Below, piece after piece: positions 48,473 to 58,332 of a DNA stretch of 64,000 nucleotides. Positions within the stretch are counted from its first letter, which is position 1. Every line of letters starts with the position of its first letter. The position numbers and the translations under genes are program-made. The DNA comes from an uncultured bacterium (GTDB lineage Bacteria; Muiribacteriota; UBA6191). The stretch spans positions 22,695 to 86,694 of the forward strand of contig CAZIKF010000001.1 in assembly GCA_964539825.1 (NCBI GenBank), written 5' to 3'. The notes below the pieces were generated by a model, which was not told the origin of the DNA, did no database searches, and saw nothing but the letters and a program-made list of their open reading frames with translations.

Positions 48473-50872
48473 CTACCTACCCAGATTAACTAACTGATCA
48501 AGCATCTGAGTTGCCGTATTAATTACCCTTGCTGACGCATTGAATCCCTGCTGGAACTGGATCATCTGGGTCAATTCCTCGTCTATAGACACACCACTTA
48601 CCGCCAGACGCTCATTTTCCAGTTGAGTACTGACAACTTTTGTATTTTCTTCCAGTTTAAGCATTTCCTGTGCTCTTACCCCCACGTTGGAAACCACCCC
48701 TGCATAGTAGTCGATAACACTTTGCGGCTCATCCAGAAACCGTGCATTCAAGTTTGCTGACTCGATGAGCCTCGAACCATTTCCACTGGCTCCCGACGAA
48801 ACCGTAAGATGTAAATCTGAGGCGGTGCTTCCGGCCCCTTCGCTAAAAGAAATATTCTTATCATTAGAAATCACACGAATAGTTCCTTCCGCCAGCGGAG
48901 AGAGCGTCACCCTGGAGGAAAATCCGTTGAGGTCAAGGGCTTCATTTACCTGTTCCTGTAAATCAAACAAGGTGGAATCATCATCAAAGTCTTCCAGGGT
49001 CACCACGGCATTTTTTTCACCATCGGAAACCACGAAGTTTGACTGAGACCGGCCATAATCAACACCTTCACCGGCATTAAGAGAGGAAAGTCTTGTACTA
49101 AGACCAAATTCTGTGTGCCCCACAATTCTGGCGAATTTTAATTGAGCCATTCTCAGAGCGTTTCTACCATCCCCACTACCACTACTCACGGGAACCCGAT
49201 CTCTCTCCTTCAGGAATACGCCCTGCGCCGCTGCCACCGCTGAGGTGTTGTTTTGAATAAATTCGTCCACTTGAATAGCCCTTGCCGCACCCTTTTCAAA
49301 GATATGGGCATCTGGACTCTTAAAATCTTTAAAAAAGAGTCTTTGGGAAGCGCCATCAAGTCCAAAACCCTCGTAATGTATCTTGTTAAACTCCTTGACC
49401 ATAGCGTACGCCATACGATCGAGGTCCATCATTTGACCATCGAGGTGTCTATCCTGATATTCCAATAGACCCCGAAGTTTCCCGCCAACAATGTCATGCC
49501 TGACCTTGATGTTAGTGGAACCAACCTCATTGAGAACCACGTCCACTCCCATCACGAGATCTTCAACAAAGTTTGAAGATGCCTGATAGGTTTCGCCATG
49601 GATAGCGAACCTGGCATCTCGTACCTTGCCGTCAAAGATTACATTGGCCTCACTATCAAGTTCTCTCTCATCAGAAAATCCCATCACTTCAAGAAGATTA
49701 GAAGTTCCCTCAGAGAGGACCATCTCATTGGAGGTTCCGGTTCTAAGAGATTTCATCACGAGTCTGCCTCTTTCGAAGAAAGCACTTACCCCAAGTCCGG
49801 ATTTGTTGATGGTGTCTCTTAGATCAGAGACCGTATCCTGATTCTCGATAAAGACTTGAACCCCGTTGATAAAAAAAGAACCGGTTGTGACACCCGCTGT
49901 TTCCAAGGTGGTTCCTTCCTGGAAATTATTTTTGATGTCAATCAATGCCTCGGACTGCAGTTGATGATTATTCGCGGTCTGAAAAACAGTGAGAGTGAAA
50001 TTTTGATTGTCCGCATCCCCCCCAACAAAGACATCTGCGATTCGGGGATTGTTATGGTCAGGCAGTAGAAATTCATCGGACTCCACTGACTTGAGCCCGT
50101 CTCTAAAGTTGTTTCGAATAAAGTTCAGATCATAGGACTTTCCACCCTGAACCAGAAGATGTTCTCCCACCCTGACAAATAAATTCTGATCACTGTCTTC
50201 GTGTATATCTATGTTGACCAGTTCGGATAATTCATCTAGAAGAAGATCCCTACTATCCAGAATATCATTAGGGTTTTGATCAGAATTACGCACTTTATTA
50301 ATTTCCAGATTCAAATCCGTCAGGCTTTTCGCTATCGAATTGATCCTGGTTAAATTCTGTTCAATCTCAAGATTCACATTATCTCTTTCCTGTTCAATTT
50401 TTCCGCTGGTGAAGTTTAGAAATGTAGAGAGGGATTTGGCACGCTCAATGAGCGTTACTCGGACCGAAGCCTTCTCGGGCTGATTGTTCAGATCCTCCAG
50501 GGACTGAAACATGAGATCTATGGCCGATCTGACATTGTTGTCGCTGGGTTCGTTCAAAATGGTCTGTAACTTTCCTAATCCCGTTGAAAGAGAATCTACA
50601 AAGCCTTGAAATGATTTCTGATCCCTCAACTGGTCATCGATGAATTCATCTCGAATTCTGCGAACTTCCCCCAAAGTTACTCCGGTACCAATCTGACCGG
50701 CCGCTAACCCTTCAATATTCAGCGCTTTCGTGGTCTTTAAGCTGACCACCTGGCGACTATAACCCTTGGTTTCAGCGTTGGTGATATTATGTCCCACCAC
50801 GTTGAGAGCTTGCTGGTGTGCGATGACACCCTTTTTGCCTATCTCAAGGCCTAAAAACGCTCCAAGTGACAT
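48473..50872 (-). CDS. flgK: flagellar hook-associated protein 1
   Basis: N-terminus GLEIGKKGVIAHQQALNVVGHNITNAETKGYSRQ. An internal flagellin-IN-like GSFFINGVQVFIENQDTVSDLRDTINKS. C-terminus QMIQFQQGFNASARVINTATQMLDQLVNL. Preceded by GAGGGAG. Confidence 0.9.
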   Translation of the reverse strand: MSLGAFLGLEIGKKGVIAHQQALNVVGHNITNAETKGYSRQVVSLKTTKALNIEGLAAGQIGTGVTLGEVRRIRDEFIDDQLRDQKSFQGFVDSLSTGLGKLQTILNEPSDNNVRSAIDLMFQSLEDLNNQPEKASVRVTLIERAKSLSTFLNFTSGKIEQERDNVNLEIEQNLTRINSIAKSLTDLNLEINKVRNSDQNPNDILDSRDLLLDELSELVNIDIHEDSDQNLFVRVGEHLLVQGGKSYDLNFIRNNFRDGLKSVESDEFLLPDHNNPRIADVFVGGDADNQNFTLTVFQTANNHQLQSEALIDIKNNFQEGTTLETAGVTTGSFFINGVQVFIENQDTVSDLRDTINKSGLGVSAFFERGRLVMKSLRTGTSNEMVLSEGTSNLLEVMGFSDERELDSEANVIFDGKVRDARFAIHGETYQASSNFVEDLVMGVDVVLNEVGSTNIKVRHDIVGGKLRGLLEYQDRHLDGQMMDLDRMAYAMVKEFNKIHYEGFGLDGASQRLFFKDFKSPDAHIFEKGAARAIQVDEFIQNNTSAVAAAQGVFLKERDRVPVSSGSGDGRNALRMAQLKFARIVGHTEFGLSTRLSSLNAGEGVDYGRSQSNFVVSDGEKNAVVTLEDFDDDSTLFDLQEQVNEALDLNGFSSRVTLSPLAEGTIRVISNDKNISFSEGAGSTASDLHLTVSSGASGNGSRLIESANLNARFLDEPQSVIDYYAGVVSNVGVRAQEMLKLEENTKVVSTQLENERLAVSGVSIDEELTQMIQFQQGFNASARVINTATQMLDQLVNLGR

Positions 50873-50925
50873 GAATACTCTCCCTCGTTAACCTCTCTGA
50901 TCCAGATCAGACTAAAATTCAGACA

Positions 50926-50958
50926 TAAAAAAAAGCCCAACACATCCAATGTGTTAGG
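50926..50958 (-). terminator. rho-independent terminator between flgN and flgK (minus-strand RNA GCCUAACACAU-UGG-AUGUGUUGGGC followed by U8)
   Basis: On the plus strand, A8 at 50926-50933 is followed by an 11-bp inverted repeat gcccaacacat/atgtgttaggc with a 3-nt loop. Confidence 0.6.
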
Positions 50959-50996
50959 CTTTCCTTAGCCAGTATTTTTGCCGATCCGGGCTTTCC

Positions 50997-51506
50997 TCAG
51001 GCTGTCAGGTTCACAGAATTATAAGATTGAACCTTTGAGCTTTTTTGGATTCTCGAATAGGTTAATTCCTCGGGAAATGCCAGGTCCTTAACAGCCTGGA
51101 TCACCTTTCGTACGATCTTAATCGATACTCCGAGCAATAATTTGTTCCGGTCATTTATCTTACCCAGGTCCCGCGCTAAATCTTTAATTTGAACTTTGAT
51201 TTGCATTAGAGGCTGCTGAAACTCGCCAGCCTCCTGGGCAATCTCATCAAACCCTCGTTCGGAGCATATTTTCCTTCTCCTGGACTCAAGCTCCTGTAAG
51301 AGTGAAACAACCGTTACTTCTTTTTGTACGAGTTGTTGCAAGCTCTTTGGATCTCTATCCTGGGTTTCGGATAAATATACCGCCTTTTCGCGGGCAAATC
51401 CCAGCAGCCTTTCATATTGTTCAAGCTGCGATTCGAGATTTTGATGAACTGCCTTAGCGATTTTCATTTGATTAAGCGCTTTCTTGTCCTCTCTCTCAAA
51501 GGACAA
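50997..51506 (-). CDS. flgN: FlgN-like flagellar export chaperone (tentative)
   Basis: 169 aa helical protein sitting between flgM and flgK. Charged heptad pattern. Assigned mostly by position. Confidence 0.45.
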   Translation of the reverse strand: MSFEREDKKALNQMKIAKAVHQNLESQLEQYERLLGFAREKAVYLSETQDRDPKSLQQLVQKEVTVVSLLQELESRRRKICSERGFDEIAQEAGEFQQPLMQIKVQIKDLARDLGKINDRNKLLLGVSIKIVRKVIQAVKDLAFPEELTYSRIQKSSKVQSYNSVNLTA

Positions 51507-51542
51507 ATCTATTGCATTAATGCAACGGGTTAGGATCTTCCT

Positions 51543-51932
51543 TTATGTTAAATCGTCAAGAACCCCTGAATTCAGGAGTCTTTCTGCAACCTTTTCTGAA
51601 TCAACAGTCTTGAAATATGCGTCAACCCCTCCTTCATCAATCAGCTTTTTGATCTCATCGACACGAGAATTGGCCTCTTCAGGACTATTGAGAACCTCTC
51701 GTACAATGGGATCCACCTGTGACTTTGGAGACGAACTATCCGCTCTTCTAAATGTAGGTGGTGCATAGCTCGTATTTACAGGACTTGGATTAGAACCGAT
51801 TTTTACTGAATCCCCTACGGACTTCTTAGACTGTAGGGTGTTTTCAAAACCGGAAGCTTTATCTGCCCGTTTGGCCTTAGAACGCTTCGTATTATCGACA
51901 TGATGATTGGGCGAATTGCCTATGATCTTCAT
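51543..51932 (-). CDS. flgM: anti-sigma-28 factor FlgM
   Basis: The C-terminal VDEIKKLIDEGGVDAYFKTVDSEKVAERLL resembles the FlgM sigma-28-binding region. Preceded by a disordered Ser/Pro-rich N-terminus. 129 aa. Confidence 0.6.
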   Translation of the reverse strand: MKIIGNSPNHHVDNTKRSKAKRADKASGFENTLQSKKSVGDSVKIGSNPSPVNTSYAPPTFRRADSSSPKSQVDPIVREVLNSPEEANSRVDEIKKLIDEGGVDAYFKTVDSEKVAERLLNSGVLDDLT

Positions 51933-52130
51933 GACAGCACCTCTTTTTCCTTACTTAACTGACTATAACCGACATATATACTGTCGTCTCTTTGAATAAG
52001 ACCCTTTAGCTCAATTCTACCGTGTGAGGATAAAATATCGCTATTTTTTGAGCCTTTTCTACAATTATCTCTACTTTTTACTGTGTATTGTTTTGAGGTC
52101 ATTTATTTACCTGCTTTTAATCTCTAATCC

Positions 52131-52409
52131 TTATTCTCTAATCTTTAATCTACCCTGTCTGACGAACCGCAAGATGACCCTTTCACGAATTTCAGTTTCC
52201 TTGGCGACTTCTTCCACAGTGCAACCGGGATGCTCCCAGACATATTCTCTCACGCTGCGAAAGATCTCGATTTCTTCCAATCTACACTTTTGGCAAAGTT
52301 CAGTTCCAAGGGGTAAGTTGACTGTTTCCCCACAGTTCTCACATGTTGCTATTGGCATTGTAACCAGTGCTCCGATCCCGCAAATTCTGAAAGGCGAGAA
52401 TGAACCCAT
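52131..52409 (-). CDS. zinc-ribbon flagellar-operon protein (YvyF/TIGR03826-like)
   Basis: CENCGE…CQKC paired CxxC motifs in a ~90-aa protein directly upstream of flgM. The annotated start overlaps comFC, so the true start is probably an internal Met (MPIATCENC…). Confidence 0.4.
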   Translation of the reverse strand: MGSFSPFRICGIGALVTMPIATCENCGETVNLPLGTELCQKCRLEEIEIFRSVREYVWEHPGCTVEEVAKETEIRERVILRFVRQGRLKIRE

Positions 52410-53028
52410 AGATCTGCTGATATCCTAAACTGCGCAAAAGTGAAACACAAGTCCTCATGCTAGTTCCGGTACTCATTACATCATCTATGAGCAAGGCCTT
52501 CTTTGATCCTTTTTCGAAATCGTCACGAGGTATGAAAAGATTCACCCCATTTTCTTTTCTTTCTTTTCGATTTAATAGCTTCTGTGACAATTTTGAAGGA
52601 TTTCTATCCAAAGCTGAAAGAAGGGAGTTTCTAAGTTCATCGGGTAGACCGTTTTCCATCCAGTGGTCACCCTTACTTGAAGGTATGAAAATTAAATCAT
52701 ACTTTGCAGATGTAAACTCACCGGGTAAAAATTCCCACCATGGAAACAGGGTCGGAGGAAATTCTTCCATTTTGGTGAACAGAATCCACTTTCCCAACTC
52801 ATCATAACTGCTTAAAGCTTTAAATCCATCGATTCCAAGCCTCTTGGAGCAGGTCTTGCAGCCAGAGACCCCCAGGGGTTTCAAACACAAGATACAACGG
52901 TTTCTATGACGCAAGCTCTTAAAACAAGCCTCACATAAAGGATCTGGTGTTGAATGCGAACAAATGGCACAGGGAACAGGGAATGCAATTCCTAGTAATA
53001 ACCTGGAGATCCAATTCAAGTGAATCAA
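52339..53028 (-). CDS. comFC: ComF-family (ComFC-like) phosphoribosyltransferase-domain protein
   Basis: N-terminal CxxC…CxxC (CAICSH…CEAC, CILC…C) and a C-terminal PRTase motif ALLIDDVMSTGTSM. Confidence 0.7.
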   Translation of the reverse strand: MIHLNWISRLLLGIAFPVPCAICSHSTPDPLCEACFKSLRHRNRCILCLKPLGVSGCKTCSKRLGIDGFKALSSYDELGKWILFTKMEEFPPTLFPWWEFLPGEFTSAKYDLIFIPSSKGDHWMENGLPDELRNSLLSALDRNPSKLSQKLLNRKERKENGVNLFIPRDDFEKGSKKALLIDDVMSTGTSMRTCVSLLRSLGYQQIYGFILAFQNLRDRSTGYNANSNM

Positions 53029-53048
53029 GAAGTGATGGGCCTGAGGTC

Positions 53049-53825
53049 TTACCCTCGAACTATTCCGCGATCACTCTTTTCAAGAAATTCCAGAAGTCTG
53101 CGCAGGGCGGCGGTCTCCTCAAGATCACTGCGTATTTCTTCAATTGCCTGGGAAACATTATAGCCAGAACGATAAAGAAAATTATAAGCCTGCCGCAGTA
53201 CCCTTCTCTCGGTCTTATCAACTCCATTTCTTTCGAGGCCGACCGAATTCATTCCAAACACTCTGGCAGGAATCCCCTGAACTTTCATATAGGGAGGTAC
53301 ATCTTTGGTAACTTTTGACATTCCCCCTACCATAGCCATGGTCCCAATCTTACAAAATTGGTGAATTCCAACGTACCCGGCAATGACTGCTGCATCTTCA
53401 ACAACCACATGACCAGCGAGTGTGGAGAGATTTGACATGATGACGTGATCACCGACAATACAGTCATGAGCAATGTGGGTATATGCCAGGAAATTGTTAT
53501 CATGTCCCACGATAGTTTTGGTTCCGTCGGCAGTACCTCTATTCACTGTCACGTATTCCCGAATGACATTCCTATCTCCAACTTCCAGAAAAGTTTGGCC
53601 CCCATCATATTTTAAATCCTGGGTCAGAGAACCTACAATGGCCCCCTGGTAGACCTGATTACTCTTCCCGATGTGGGTATTCTCTCCGATGAAAACATGC
53701 CCGTGGATGACGGTACCTTGGTCGATTCTGGCATTCCCTTCAATTACGGAATACGGACCAATAATTACATCGCTAGCTAACTCTGCATAGCGTGATACTT
53801 GTGCTGTTTCATGAACCTCAGCCAT
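53049..53825 (-). CDS. lpxA: acyl-ACP--UDP-GlcNAc O-acyltransferase
   Basis: 258 aa left-handed beta-helix hexapeptide repeats with a C-terminal helical domain. First gene of the lipid A cluster. Confidence 0.9.
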   Translation of the reverse strand: MAEVHETAQVSRYAELASDVIIGPYSVIEGNARIDQGTVIHGHVFIGENTHIGKSNQVYQGAIVGSLTQDLKYDGGQTFLEVGDRNVIREYVTVNRGTADGTKTIVGHDNNFLAYTHIAHDCIVGDHVIMSNLSTLAGHVVVEDAAVIAGYVGIHQFCKIGTMAMVGGMSKVTKDVPPYMKVQGIPARVFGMNSVGLERNGVDKTERRVLRQAYNFLYRSGYNVSQAIEEIRSDLEETAALRRLLEFLEKSDRGIVRG

Positions 53826-53851
53826 TTCCCCTTACTCCCCATTACTCCCCA

Positions 53852-55132
53852 TTACTTAATCATGAAGCTCAGCTTCCCTTCCACATGGACCTGTCCGTTT
53901 ACTCTTGCCACTCCATCGACTTTTCCAGTTCCGCCTCTGAGCTTTAACACCGAAATTTCGAGTTCCAATTGATCTCCAGGATAAACCGGCTTACGAAATC
54001 TAACTGAATCAAGACCGGTGAAAAACGGGGTCTTACCGTAATTTCCCATCATGGAGAGTAAGCAAACCCCAGCCACCTGGGCAAGAGCTTCTACGATGAG
54101 AACTCCCGGCATCAAAGGACGATCGGGGAAGTGTCCATTGAAGAATTCTTCATTTCCCGTCACACTCTTTATCCCTACAGCCCCCTTTCCAACCTCCATG
54201 CGAACTATGCGGTCCACAAGCAGGAAGGGATAGCGATGTGGAATGATGCGCTTAATATCATTGAGGTCCAGAGATTCGCCATCTTCCAGACCAACCTCCC
54301 GAACCAGACACTCTTCTTCGATCATTTTCTTCAACAGTCGTATATTTGTTCTATGGCCGGACTTGATACCCACAAATTTTCCAAGAATTGGAAATCCGAA
54401 GACATTCATATCTCCGTAAAAATCCATAATTTTATGCCAGGCAAATTCGTTAGGAAACCGGAGACCTTCCTCATTTAAGCACTTCTGCCCATCGACCACA
54501 ACAGCGTTTCGTAGACTACCACCAAGCGCCTGTCCAGCTCTATGCTGATGCTCAACCTCTTCGAGTAAGCAGAATGTTCGCGCTCGAAGTAATTTCTCGG
54601 CCGGGTCAATATCCTGAAAATTTACTTTTAGATGGCGGACACCAATCATGGTCCCAGAATAATCCAGAGTATAGGAAATGCTGAACTCATTAGAAGGATA
54701 GGCAATCAGGACCGCGTCATTATCCTCAACCTCACAGGTCTTGACTACGCGATATTGCGGCAACTCGACATCTTGTTCAACAATCCCGGCATCCACAAAA
54801 TTTTGATAAAATTCAATACCGCTACCGTCAAGAATTGGTGGTTCGTCGGAATCAATTTCAAGTGTTAGATTGGTGAGATGCAAGGCCCCAATCGCTGCCA
54901 TGAGATGCTCAAAGGTATAGATGGATTCATTACCGTCACTAAGATTGGTACCCCTCGAGATACCGTGTACATGGTCTACCGAAACCTTCAAACGATAATC
55001 GTCTTTATGCTTTTTTACAAAGACTAGACCGTGATTAGGTTCGGCAGGGCATGCCTTAAGTGTGACAGGCTTTCCCGTGTGCAGTCCCAGATCGGTAAAC
55101 TCCACCGGACTCGCCAAAGTCCTTTGCTTCAT
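53852..55132 (-). CDS. lpxC/fabZ: bifunctional UDP-3-O-acyl-GlcNAc deacetylase / 3-hydroxyacyl-ACP dehydratase (LpxC::FabZ fusion)
   Basis: N-terminal LpxC (MKQRTLASPVEFTDLGLHTGKPVTL…HLMAAIGAL…) is continuous with a C-terminal FabZ hot-dog domain (GHFPDRPLMPGVLIVEALAQVAG). 426 aa. Confidence 0.9.
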   Translation of the reverse strand: MKQRTLASPVEFTDLGLHTGKPVTLKACPAEPNHGLVFVKKHKDDYRLKVSVDHVHGISRGTNLSDGNESIYTFEHLMAAIGALHLTNLTLEIDSDEPPILDGSGIEFYQNFVDAGIVEQDVELPQYRVVKTCEVEDNDAVLIAYPSNEFSISYTLDYSGTMIGVRHLKVNFQDIDPAEKLLRARTFCLLEEVEHQHRAGQALGGSLRNAVVVDGQKCLNEEGLRFPNEFAWHKIMDFYGDMNVFGFPILGKFVGIKSGHRTNIRLLKKMIEEECLVREVGLEDGESLDLNDIKRIIPHRYPFLLVDRIVRMEVGKGAVGIKSVTGNEEFFNGHFPDRPLMPGVLIVEALAQVAGVCLLSMMGNYGKTPFFTGLDSVRFRKPVYPGDQLELEISVLKLRGGTGKVDGVARVNGQVHVEGKLSFMIK

Positions 55133-55162
55133 GGCTTCATATCCGTATTCAACGTTGTTAAT

Positions 55163-56182
55163 TCAATTCTTCAGGCTTAAGCTTTTTATTGCTTCTCTTA
55201 ATTCTCGCCTCAGCCCTACAATCCGCCCTTGCGCTGCTAAAATTTTCATCTGTAGACGATGGTCCCGCCCGGGAAAACCCGAAATCATGGAACCTTCCGG
55301 GACATCCTTCGCAGGTGCCCCCCGCGCTACAATTGTAGCATTAGATCCTATTGTTATATGACCTACAGAACCGGATTGTCCACCAAAGGTTACATAATCT
55401 CCCAGAATTGTGGAACCCGAAAGCCCGGATTGGGACGCCATAAGGCATCCAATTCCCATTTTTACATTGTGTCCGACCTGCACCAGGTTATCAAGTTTGG
55501 TGCCATTCCCAATCCAGGTTTCACGAAAAGTACCTCTATCTATGGTGGTACCAGCCCCTACTTCAACATCATCGCCAAGGATGACAGTACCCAACTGGGG
55601 AATCTTGTGATGTACTCCCTTGTGAGGAGCGTACCCATAACCATCACTTCCTATAACGGCATTAGGCTGGAGAATCACTCGATCTCCAATTTTGACACTT
55701 TCACGTATAGAACAATTGGAGTGAATCAAACAATCTTCGCCAATGGTCACCCCCTGCCCGAGGGAGACATTTGCGTAGACTACTGTCCGATCCCCTATAG
55801 AAACCCCAGCATCAACAAATACCCCCGGGTATAGAACTACATCCGTCCCGATCTGCGCAGTCTCATGTATTGAAGTGTTTGGGTGAATACGATCATAGGT
55901 AGGGACGTATGAGTCCATCACGCGCAAAACCTTGGCGAATGCTAAATAAGGATTTGTGACTTTTACATGGGGAATTTTAAGCCGCCATGTACCTTGAGGA
56001 AGGATGGCGAAAGAAGCCTGGCAGGATTCTACTAATTGCGCCTTTTCTTTTGAGACCGCGTAAACAAGGTCTCCAGCTCTGGCGGAACTGATTTCAGATA
56101 CCCCTCCGATAAGAATATCTTCATCACCAACCCATTCTCCCTGAATATGGCTCCGGAGTTCGTGAGTCGTAACCGCTCTCAT
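55163..56182 (-). CDS. lpxD: UDP-3-O-acylglucosamine N-acyltransferase
   Basis: 339 aa with an N-terminal LpxD domain and then hexapeptide repeats (…IGDRTVVYANVSLGQGVTIGEDCLIHSNCSI…). Confidence 0.9.
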   Translation of the reverse strand: MRAVTTHELRSHIQGEWVGDEDILIGGVSEISSARAGDLVYAVSKEKAQLVESCQASFAILPQGTWRLKIPHVKVTNPYLAFAKVLRVMDSYVPTYDRIHPNTSIHETAQIGTDVVLYPGVFVDAGVSIGDRTVVYANVSLGQGVTIGEDCLIHSNCSIRESVKIGDRVILQPNAVIGSDGYGYAPHKGVHHKIPQLGTVILGDDVEVGAGTTIDRGTFRETWIGNGTKLDNLVQVGHNVKMGIGCLMASQSGLSGSTILGDYVTFGGQSGSVGHITIGSNATIVARGAPAKDVPEGSMISGFPGRDHRLQMKILAAQGRIVGLRRELREAIKSLSLKN

Positions 56183-56189
56183 GAGAGCT

Positions 56190-56744
56190 CTAATTCTTTC
56201 GTGACCTTCGTTTGGCAGAAGTGCCCTTGGTGGGGGATTTCCCCTTGCGATTTAAAATTTCTATGAGTTCATCCGTCAAATCGAGGGCATCTCCAAAATA
56301 CAGTTGCTTCTGATCAAAGACATAATCAAGTTTTCTAACCTGAGCGATTCTGGAAATCTCATCAAATACGACCGCTTTGATTTTTTCAAGATCCTCTTCC
56401 TTGGACTCATCAAGTTTCTTTTTATATTGTTCGTACTTTCTTTGGAGATCAAACATCTTTCGAGAAAAGTCACCTTCCAAAGCTTGCTTATCATCCTCAG
56501 AAACAGCGGTGTTCTGTAGTTTTTGCTTTATTCCGTTAAGCTCCTTCTCCATTTCATTGAGTTCATTTTCATACCGACTGGACCGATTCGCCAGTTCGAT
56601 TCTTAGAATCTTAAATTCATCATAAAAGAAAAGAACTTTTTGGAGGTCCACCACTCCAACCCTCAATGAGGGTGCGGCAGCATTCATCGCTATACAGAAA
56701 AGAAAGGTTAAGATGAACCGAATCATTGCTTTCATAGTTTTCAC
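56190..56744 (-). CDS. skp: periplasmic chaperone Skp/OmpH
   Basis: 184 aa with a signal peptide, then a Lys/Glu-rich helical body. In the conserved position upstream of lpxD. Confidence 0.7.
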   Translation of the reverse strand: MKTMKAMIRFILTFLFCIAMNAAAPSLRVGVVDLQKVLFFYDEFKILRIELANRSSRYENELNEMEKELNGIKQKLQNTAVSEDDKQALEGDFSRKMFDLQRKYEQYKKKLDESKEEDLEKIKAVVFDEISRIAQVRKLDYVFDQKQLYFGDALDLTDELIEILNRKGKSPTKGTSAKRRSRKN

Positions 56745-56937
56745 CTTACAAGGTCGGGAGCAAAAGGAATGGGTTTCGAGCTACCCACCGACCCTTTGTT
56801 CTAGCATTCACTTCCCGAAGCTGAATCTGTCCGGGATAAGAGCGTGTATCATACGAAAAATTTCACTTTTGGACAATAATTTGTCCCAATAACGGAGGAC
56901 CTCCGTATTTGATGCGCCCTCACCTTGAGGATCACAA

Positions 56938-58170
56938 TTACCGGCGAGCGATAACGCGGCCCCCATATGAACCAGGCAGAGGGCCAATAAAGTCTTCCGG
57001 ATCCACTATTTTTCCTTTTTTTCTTAACTCAAAATGCAGATGCGGTCCAGTAGCTAAACCTGTGGCGCCAACCTTTGCAATGACCTGCCCCTGAATTACG
57101 GTCTCGCCACCTTTTGCTGAAAGGGAGGAACAGTGGGCATAGCGACTCGTATATCCCCCATCATGCTGGAGAATAATCAGGTTTCCGTATCCTCGTGAAG
57201 CTCCTGAATACAAGACTTTCCCGGTAGCGGATGCTACGATCTTCTGCCCTTTAGGCGCAGCAATATCGACCCCTTTATGATAGTCTCTCTTGCGAGTCAC
57301 AGGATGGATTCTCCAACCCAATTGATCGCTCACTCTCCCAGTTACCGGCCACATAAACCTCGATTTTGTCTTTCGAGCCAGAATCACTCGTTGAACAGAC
57401 TCCTGCGAGAGATCATCAATGCGGATCTTGATACGCTGCCCGGCGATAAGCCAGTCTTCTTTCAAACCGTTTAAGGTCTTAAGGAGCTTTACACCAACAC
57501 CATAAAGGCGCGAGACGGACCATAGTGTGTCGCCTTCTCTCACCGTATGAAAAAACTCTTTTTCGACAGCTATCTTAAGGCTATAACCAGGATAAATATG
57601 ATCAGGATCACTAATTCCGTTGGTTAGCACAAGCTGTGAAACCGTCATATCATAGAGCTTCACAATTGAGGATAGAGTTTCTCCCCTCAACACCTTATGG
57701 TAGATAAACTCGCCGTTCTTGATCTGATTTTTCAGCGGGTTTACTTTTGGCGATTTAACTTTGGATTTTAAACTTCCTTGCTGTGACTCAGCTGATTTTG
57801 AAGAAATACTTGAATGTGATCCCTCACCTGTCTGGGTGCTCTTTTCTCCTGCCTTACCTTCAGCGTTGAAACTCATCTCCGGGTGATCAAACTCCACGGC
57901 GAGCGGCTTTGCCATTTCGGAGATTTCTCGCATTTCTTCTAGAGACGCTACAAGTGCGACCGGATGAACTTTCATATTTTCCGGTTCCACCTGCCTAAGA
58001 AAGGCAAAATCTTCTGTGACCATCAGAATTGGCTTTTCTTTGGGGGTCATGAGCTGATCCCTGGAAATGGCAATGCCCTGCAGGACAGCAACCGACAAAA
58101 GAACGGTAATCCAGAGGATGTACTTGTTACCAATAAGCATCTGCATTCGAGACCCCGCCTCTCGCTCCAT
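56938..58170 (-). CDS. M23 family metallopeptidase with two LysM domains
   Basis: LysM repeats (HKVLRGETLSSIVKLYDMTVSQL and HTVREGDTLWSVSRLYGV). M23 motifs HKGVDIAAPKG and GPHLHFELR. Confidence 0.85.
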   Translation of the reverse strand: MEREAGSRMQMLIGNKYILWITVLLSVAVLQGIAISRDQLMTPKEKPILMVTEDFAFLRQVEPENMKVHPVALVASLEEMREISEMAKPLAVEFDHPEMSFNAEGKAGEKSTQTGEGSHSSISSKSAESQQGSLKSKVKSPKVNPLKNQIKNGEFIYHKVLRGETLSSIVKLYDMTVSQLVLTNGISDPDHIYPGYSLKIAVEKEFFHTVREGDTLWSVSRLYGVGVKLLKTLNGLKEDWLIAGQRIKIRIDDLSQESVQRVILARKTKSRFMWPVTGRVSDQLGWRIHPVTRKRDYHKGVDIAAPKGQKIVASATGKVLYSGASRGYGNLIILQHDGGYTSRYAHCSSLSAKGGETVIQGQVIAKVGATGLATGPHLHFELRKKGKIVDPEDFIGPLPGSYGGRVIARR

Positions 58171-58332
58171 AATAATGCCAAATCGGTGCAGACGGGACCA
58201 GTGTTTACAAAAAATAGCAGGAATTGCATATTTTTGTCTATGTTTTCAACTTTACCTGTTCGTCTTATTTACCACTTCATTAAAAGGCATCTTTGAAAAA
58301 CCGCCCCCCGGATGTGGTAGTATTAACTCGCG

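Noticed and set aside
58171-58332. Possible Fur box or leaderless fur promoter upstream of fur
   Set aside because: Only weak ATAATAATG-like fragments. No convincing 19-bp Fur-box palindrome could be read.
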